Assembly (NCBI GenBank): GCA_000175855.1
Contig: ACYB01000037.1
Span: forward strand, 100,451 to 132,450
Reading direction: 5' to 3'
Source of the DNA: Raphidiopsis brookii D9
GTDB lineage: Bacteria; Cyanobacteriota; Cyanobacteriia; Cyanobacteriales; Nostocaceae
DNA: 32,000 bases
Shown in pieces: positions 28,642-32,000 of the stretch; position 1 is the stretch's first letter, and each line of letters starts with the position of its first letter. Under the pieces are notes generated by a model that made no database searches, was not told the origin of the DNA, and saw nothing but the letters and a program-made list of their open reading frames with translations. Both the position numbers and the translations under genes were made by a program.

Positions 28642-30559
28642 ATGAATATACTTGATCAGATCACTAATGGTATCCATATAGGAAATAACCTCATGAATCC
28701 AGAAACCCAAACTTCTCTAAAAGTAGCCATGCGCAAAATAATCCATAGCTCCCAAATAAAACCGGAAGCAGTGGAGGTAATTGTAAGCGGACTGCAAAAT
28801 AGTGAAATTAGCGCTGAAGATTGGGAAGACCTTTTCAACAGAGAGGGGGCTAATATTGCCATTAAACAAAAAGTTTATAGCCCCCAACTAATACGACTAA
28901 TAACACTTAGAGCATTAGTTCTTCCAAAAACCTTGCCAGAATTTCTCGGTTGGTTGGAAATTCAACCAGGTAAGAAGGTCAACCAAAACCAGATAGTGTG
29001 TTTACAGTTTCAACAAACCATTAAGGAATTATTTCCTAGGGAGAAGGTACTAGAAAGCATTGGATATTTATTGCCCAGTTTACTTGATGGTAAGATATCA
29101 CCAGATGGCTTATCTTGGTTATTGCAAAAAGGTGATAATAGTATATGGAGTTACGCTCAAGAACAGTTTATTCATAATATTAAATATGATCTATTGTTAA
29201 TTGGTGATCACCACCCTAAATCAAAAGAAAACATTTCTCATCAGACATCCTTTAAATTTGGATCACAAGTCTGGAATCAATTAATTACAAGTTGGCAAGA
29301 TATTAAAAAAGGTAATTATAAATGTCAACAATATCGACCTTTAGCTCAATTCTGTGAGCAATTGCAAGAATACGACTTAGCTGCATATTTTTATCAGATC
29401 AGTAACAGCAAAGTTGGCAAAAAACTATTCGTCCAGTTATGCCTTTTAAAAAATTGCCAGTCACCAGTTGTTTTTGGTTTAACCATTGAAAAAAGAAAAC
29501 CCCCAATTGATGTCATAATTAATGTTATTAACCAGGATGTAGATATGAAAATTTTGTATGTTGCTCCCATATCACTACTAATATTAGGTAGTGGTTGGTT
29601 TGTTGGTTCCAGAACTTGGCATTCTTACATCAACACCAGTGAAGCTAAGGAATATTTGTGCAAGCAATCAGTTAATGGTCGGGACTGTTCAGTAATAGTT
29701 TTTGACGGCAAAGATCACTATTCCTTTCAGGATATTCAAACAGCAATTACTAAAGTGGTGGATGAAGTTTGGCAAGGGAAGCAAAAATCGAAACTAAAAA
29801 ATTCTAATATGCAAGAAAAAATTACAAGAACACTGCCACTAATTTTGGCAGACAAAACACTCAAATATAAGGATTTGCAGCTGAGTACAGGTAAAATAGA
29901 GCCAAAGATTGAAAGACAATGGATAATTGCCGTGTATAATTATCAACTTAAACACAAGCTACAGAAAAAAATAACTCCACAAAAAGGTGAGGAGTGTAAG
30001 GGAAGTAATATATTTGGGTTATGTTTATTAGGAGAGAAAGTTAAAAAAATTAGTATAGATTATTCTCCATTGGAAAAACGATTAAAAGCTGATATCAATA
30101 AGGTGATGACACTGACAGCTATAAATGAAGCTATGGGAAAAAGATATTGGAGTGCAACTAAGTATGCGATTAACACAATTATATTAACGACAATCAAAAA
30201 CAATAATTTGGATAATAATCCAGAAAAAAACAAAATCGGCAATTTCAGATCCTAAACCATCTGCTGAAGGAGAGTCCATAAAATTACCGGAAGAACAGAC
30301 ATTAACAAAGGATTTGATATTTGAGCTAATACTTAAAAACTTGGATGTAAACCAGTACAAAAGTATTAAATATGGTGACTTTAATACAGATAAAATTCAA
30401 CAGACTCACAAAAGAAGGATTGCTCAGTCTATCTATAAGTTCCAAGAGTCACAAAAAAACCCTCAACCAACAGGATACTTAGACTATAAATCAGCAGAGT
30501 TCGGCGAATTGAAACGTAAAATATCTGAACAACTACCAATATCGAATACTCCTCTCTAG
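28642..30559 (+). CDS. Membrane-anchored paralog B lacking the N-terminal domain, apparent frameshift at the A7 run 30224..30230
   Basis: Shares LITLRALVLPKTLPEFLGWLEIQ..KKVNQNQ...YLLPSLLDGKISPDGLSWLL and DMKILYVAPISLLILGSGWFVGS with paralog A. Listed ORF 28597..30255 has a TTG start; ATG at 28642 is more plausible. Removing one A joins it in frame to SAISDPKPSAEGESIKLPEEQTLTKDLIFELILKNLD... (ORF 30314..30559). Confidence 0.65.
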
Positions 30560-30726
30560 ACCACCAAGATATTAACTGAAGTTTAGACTAAAGACAGGAG
30601 CGATCGCTTGTCTAATAGATAATGATGGATGATGTTGGCTTTCGTTTTGGCAGAGGCTAAAAAACAATATTCTTCATGTTATTTCTGGTAATATGCTTCA
30701 GGGACAGTTTTTAAAAACCTTAATCA

Positions 30727-31596
30727 ATGGAATCCAATATCTTTACATCCCTGATATTACCTATCGCCTTAGGAGCAATGATGCTTGGTATGGGTTTATC
30801 CCTTGTGCCAGAAGACTTTCAGCGAGTGGGTAAATATCCAAAAGCTGTGGCAATTGGGTTAATCAGCCAGTTACTCATACTACCCCTCATTGGGTTAGCG
30901 ATCGCAAAGTTTTTACCCATGCAACCTGCGATCGCTACAGGTTTGATGATTTTGGCCTTATGTCCAGGGGGGGTCTCCTCAAATTTGGTGACATTTTTAG
31001 CAATGGGTGATGTAGCTTTAAGCGTTACACTGACAGCCTTGAGTAGTTTAATTACCGTATTTACGATTCCCATTTTTGCAAATCTGGCTAGTCAACATTT
31101 TTTTTGGGCAAGGTGCAGTAGTGGAGTTGCCAATTGGAACGACTATTGGGCAAATTTTTGCAATTACCTTCTTACCAATAGCGATTGGTATGAGTATTCG
31201 GCAATTTGTGCCAAAACTGTCTACAAAACTAGAAAGGTGACTAGTATCTCTGCTACCATACTATTAGCAGTAATTATTTTGTTGCTGATCATTAAAGAAT
31301 GGAGCCGCCTACCGAATTTTATTGTTCAAGTTGGGATCGGTGTTTTGCTGTTAAATACTCTTTCAATGGGGGCGGGATTCTATTTGAGCAAACTTTTTAA
31401 TCTTAATTACAAGCAACAAATTTGTATCAGCATTGAGGTGGGTATGCAAAACGGAACTCTGGCGATCGCCATTACTGCAGGATTGCTTAATAATCCAGAC
31501 ATGGCAATTCCTGGAGCAATTTATAGCTTGCTGATGTATTTGACGGGATGTATGGTGATCATCTATGGGCGTAATTTGTCTGCATCCAGAGTATAA
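30727..31596 (+). CDS. Bile acid:sodium symporter family protein, with two compensating one-base indels
   Basis: ALGAMMLGMGLSLVPEDFQRVGKYPKAVAIGLISQLLILPLIGLAIAKFLP...GLMILALCPGGVSSNLVTFLAMGDVALSVTLTALSSLITVFTIPI. In 31105..31235 the listed frame is out of register, while another frame reads GAVVELPIGTTIGQIFAITFLPIAIGMSIRQFVPKLSTKLER. Confidence 0.85.
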   Translation: MESNIFTSLILPIALGAMMLGMGLSLVPEDFQRVGKYPKAVAIGLISQLLILPLIGLAIAKFLPMQPAIATGLMILALCPGGVSSNLVTFLAMGDVALSVTLTALSSLITVFTIPIFANLASQHFFWARCSSGVANWNDYWANFCNYLLTNSDWYEYSAICAKTVYKTRKVTSISATILLAVIILLLIIKEWSRLPNFIVQVGIGVLLLNTLSMGAGFYLSKLFNLNYKQQICISIEVGMQNGTLAIAITAGLLNNPDMAIPGAIYSLLMYLTGCMVIIYGRNLSASRV

Positions 31597-31646
31597 GAGA
31601 TAGCTATTATTCTATAGAAAATCTCCACACCGGGTGAGTAGCTTAA

Positions 31647-31784
31647 TATTTGTTATTAACCGTTATTCATCACCAAGAAAGTTCCAGTCGTCAAAACACA
31701 GTTGATGCTCTAGAACAAATAATTGTCAAACTAAAGAGTAGGGGATTTGAGTTCGCTACTCTTAGTGAAACTATTTTGGGTTAA
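31647..31784 (+). pseudogene. C-terminal remnant of a polysaccharide deacetylase (NodB-type) gene
   Basis: My translation: YLLLTVIHHQESSSRQNTVDALEQIIVKLKSRGFEFATLSETILG*, resembling the NodB-domain tail (SRQ.TV.ALP.II..LK..GY.FVTLSE). No upstream domain. Confidence 0.5.
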
Positions 31785-32000
31785 ACTTTTTTGTGCAAGA
31801 TTCTCCTTCATCTAAAAACCTGTCCATATTGTCCGGATCACCATGCACTGCCCAATATGCTACTGTTGTATATGCATGGTTTTTTGCTGGCATAATTCAC
31901 GGGGCGATCGCTTGATTACTTAATTTTCTATTATAATTATACAATCTAGCTGCATGACAGCTTATCTAATAGTTTTAGATATTATATAATTGGGTAATTG

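Noticed and set aside
1-32000. CRISPR arrays, transposases, integrases, retron or diversity-generating elements
   Set aside because: I looked for regularly spaced direct repeats, transposase/recombinase motifs and RT motifs (YXDD) in the translations and saw none convincing; short tandem repeats found are only two copies.

Overview
Cyanobacterial chromosomal window. It contains several HIP1-type GCGATCGC palindromes and the gene content looks like a filamentous Nostocales-type genome; that lineage placement is inference. Housekeeping features: a sugar-phosphate isomerase/epimerase-like gene (cut by the left edge), small SRP RNA, queF, a pyruvate-kinase-like gene, a PGM1-related ATP-grasp-like gene, a sucrase/ferredoxin-like gene, crcB, a DnaJ plus pentapeptide-repeat protein, trmFO, tRNA-Arg(CCG), a polar amino-acid ABC transporter (natF/natG/natH-like), a DUF3318-like gene, a STAS plus sugar-transferase fusion, a phzF-family gene, a TPR gene remnant, and a cobalamin operon (cobG-cobH-cobI-cobJ) with an upstream cobalamin riboswitch. 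The most interesting segment is 23.6-30.6 kb: three consecutive small P-loop GTPase-like genes, followed by two tandem paralogous large proteins with one predicted transmembrane segment each and a repeated C-terminal module. Its organisation resembles the GTPase-centred conflict-type systems predicted by comparative genomics, but the membrane-anchored paralog pair is not a layout I can name. Several genes between 20 and 31.3 kb carry apparent one-base homopolymer indels (cobJ, third GTPase, second large paralog, bile-acid symporter). They could be real decay, phase-variable tracts or sequencing errors, and this has to be settled before interpreting the locus.
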